Notes under the pieces: model-generated
Database searches by the model: none
Seen by the model: the letters and a program-made list of their open reading frames with translations, nothing else
Told to the model about the DNA's origin: nothing
Made by a program: the position numbers and the translations under genes
In this document: piece after piece, positions 62,853 to 64,000 of the stretch
Position numbering within the stretch: the first letter of the stretch is position 1
How the letters are laid out: every line of letters begins with the position of its first letter
From: an uncultured Gammaproteobacteria bacterium
Lineage (GTDB): Bacteria > Pseudomonadota > Gammaproteobacteria > Pseudomonadales > UBA5518
Reading direction: 5' to 3'
Assembly: GCA_903928015.1 (NCBI GenBank)
Contig: CAIYPF010000103.1
Coordinates: 12,602 to 76,601 of the forward strand
Length of the DNA stretch: 64,000 nt

Positions 62853-64000
62853 GGGCAACTGCCCCTGCCGCGGGTGATTGGCCCGGCGATGCGGGTGTGA
62901 CGCGCAACCACCACGCACCCGCTGCCATCACAAGCATTGCGGCCGCAAAGATGAGGAAAAGATCCTGCTGCCCGAGTGTGCTTGCCTCACGGATGATCAT
63001 CGCGTCCAGTGCTGCCAGCGTCGCTTGAGGGTCCTGCATCGGACCCTGCTGGGACTGCATCAGATCCATTCCCTCGCTGCCCCCGCCGCGTGACACCGTC
63101 TCCACCAGACGCTCCCGGTGCACCACGGTCCGCTCGTCCCAGAAGGTCACGCCAATGGCAGTGCCTACGCTCGACGCGAGCATGCGCCAGAAATTGAAGA
63201 GTCCGGCCGCGCTGTTGATTTTCGCCGGCGGCAGCCCGGTCATGATGGTCATCATGAGCGGGATCCACGCGAGCGGCATCGCCAGGCCGATGGCAAAGCG
63301 GGTCATGGCGAGGTATTCGAAGGAGACTCCGGTGGTGGACCGAGCGTGCAGCCAAAGCGCCCACGCCCCCAGGATGCCTCCGATGGTGATCAGCGGACGC
63401 GGGTCCATTTTCCGGAAAACCTGCCCGACCACCGGGAGCGTGATCAACGGGATGATGCTGGTGGTGGCCATGACGATGCCGGAGACCCTGGCGTTGTAGC
63501 CCAGTACGGTCTGCATCCAGATGGGATAAATGACGCCCGATATCACCAGTCCCGCGTAGAAAATCGAAATGAGCGTACAACCGAGCACGAAGTTCCCGTG
63601 GGAGAAGATCGAGAAATCCACAACCGGGTGCGGCTCGTCCCGTTCCCAGGCGAAGAACAACAGGAGGCACGTGGCGGAGGTGGCAAGCAGCACGCAGATC
63701 TGGGTCGAGGCGAGCCAGTCGAGTTCGTGTCCGCGATCCAGTGCAAGCTGTCCCGTGATGACGCCGGTAACCAGCAGCACCAGTCCGATGAAATCAACGG
63801 GCGCCCGCACGCGCTCCGACTCGTAGGGGCGCACCAGCGCCCATACCGACCATGCCGCCATCAGCCCGAAAGGGAGGTTGATATAGAACACCCAGGGCCA
63901 GCCGAGGGTGTCGGTGATCAGACCACCCAGCACCGGTCCGGCGATCGGCGCGACACCGCTGGTCAGGCTCCAGATCCCGAGTGCCAGTCCGTGTTTTTCA
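62845..64000 (-). CDS. DHA2 (EmrB/QacA-type) MFS efflux transporter, 3' portion; the gene continues beyond the window end
   Basis: The frame stays open to nt 64000 (…LGIWSLTSGVAPIAGPVLGGLITDTLGWPWVFYINLPFG), matching the EmrB TM5-TM6 region. Multiple downstream TMs. Confidence 0.85.
   Translation of the reverse strand, partial: EKHGLALGIWSLTSGVAPIAGPVLGGLITDTLGWPWVFYINLPFGLMAAWSVWALVRPYESERVRAPVDFIGLVLLVTGVITGQLALDRGHELDWLASTQICVLLATSATCLLLFFAWERDEPHPVVDFSIFSHGNFVLGCTLISIFYAGLVISGVIYPIWMQTVLGYNARVSGIVMATTSIIPLITLPVVGQVFRKMDPRPLITIGGILGAWALWLHARSTTGVSFEYLAMTRFAIGLAMPLAWIPLMMTIMTGLPPAKINSAAGLFNFWRMLASSVGTAIGVTFWDERTVVHRERLVETVSRGGGSEGMDLMQSQQGPMQDPQATLAALDAMIIREASTLGQQDLFLIFAAAMLVMAAGAWWLRVTPASPGQSPAAGAVAHD

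Overview
This is a 64-kb, visibly GC-rich chromosomal segment (roughly 60-65% GC by eye, not computed). It is most consistent with a Gammaproteobacterium that shares core synteny with Pseudomonas: leuCDB-asd-fimV-truA-trpF-accD-folC-dedD-cvpA-purF-metZ and ppiB-glnS-cysS. I can support about 55 protein-coding genes. Reading by eye, I found no rRNA, tRNA, CRISPR array, IS element, integrase or prophage signature.

Gene content, in order:
- PPTase fragment, serA, and the ETF/ETF-QO electron-transfer genes
- a speA-carboxy(nor)spermidine dehydrogenase-decarboxylase polyamine operon
- a TerC-family gene and the motAB stator
- a GH17-GT2 (NdvB-like) plus GH17 (NdvC-like) periplasmic glucan locus
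- rlmD
- a long co-directional string: small membrane protein, DUF3604, parvulin-like protein, HupE/UreJ, VanZ, flavodoxin-like protein, XdhC, MocA
- the leu...metZ housekeeping block
- a MoxR-DUF58-transglutaminase (TgpA-like) trio, coupled to a homocysteine methyltransferase
- acnB, coupled to an atypical fold-III PLP decarboxylase
- GST, ppiB, glnS, cysS
- feoAB with a Fur box
- a selenium module (selU plus an FAD-oxidoreductase::SelD fusion) lying downstream of MarR and a DHA2 MFS pump

Many ORF-track entries are high-GC shadow ORFs or carry spurious N-terminal extensions. I trimmed starts where homology to well-known proteins or an RBS supported it.

The candidates most worth follow-up are:
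- the DUF3604/parvulin-like/HupE envelope operon
- the acnB-coupled decarboxylase, in which the conserved catalytic Cys is replaced by Asn
- the oxidoreductase::SelD fusion
- the MoxR-DUF58-TgpA operon

All functional calls rest on motif recognition and remembered homology. No database search was possible.
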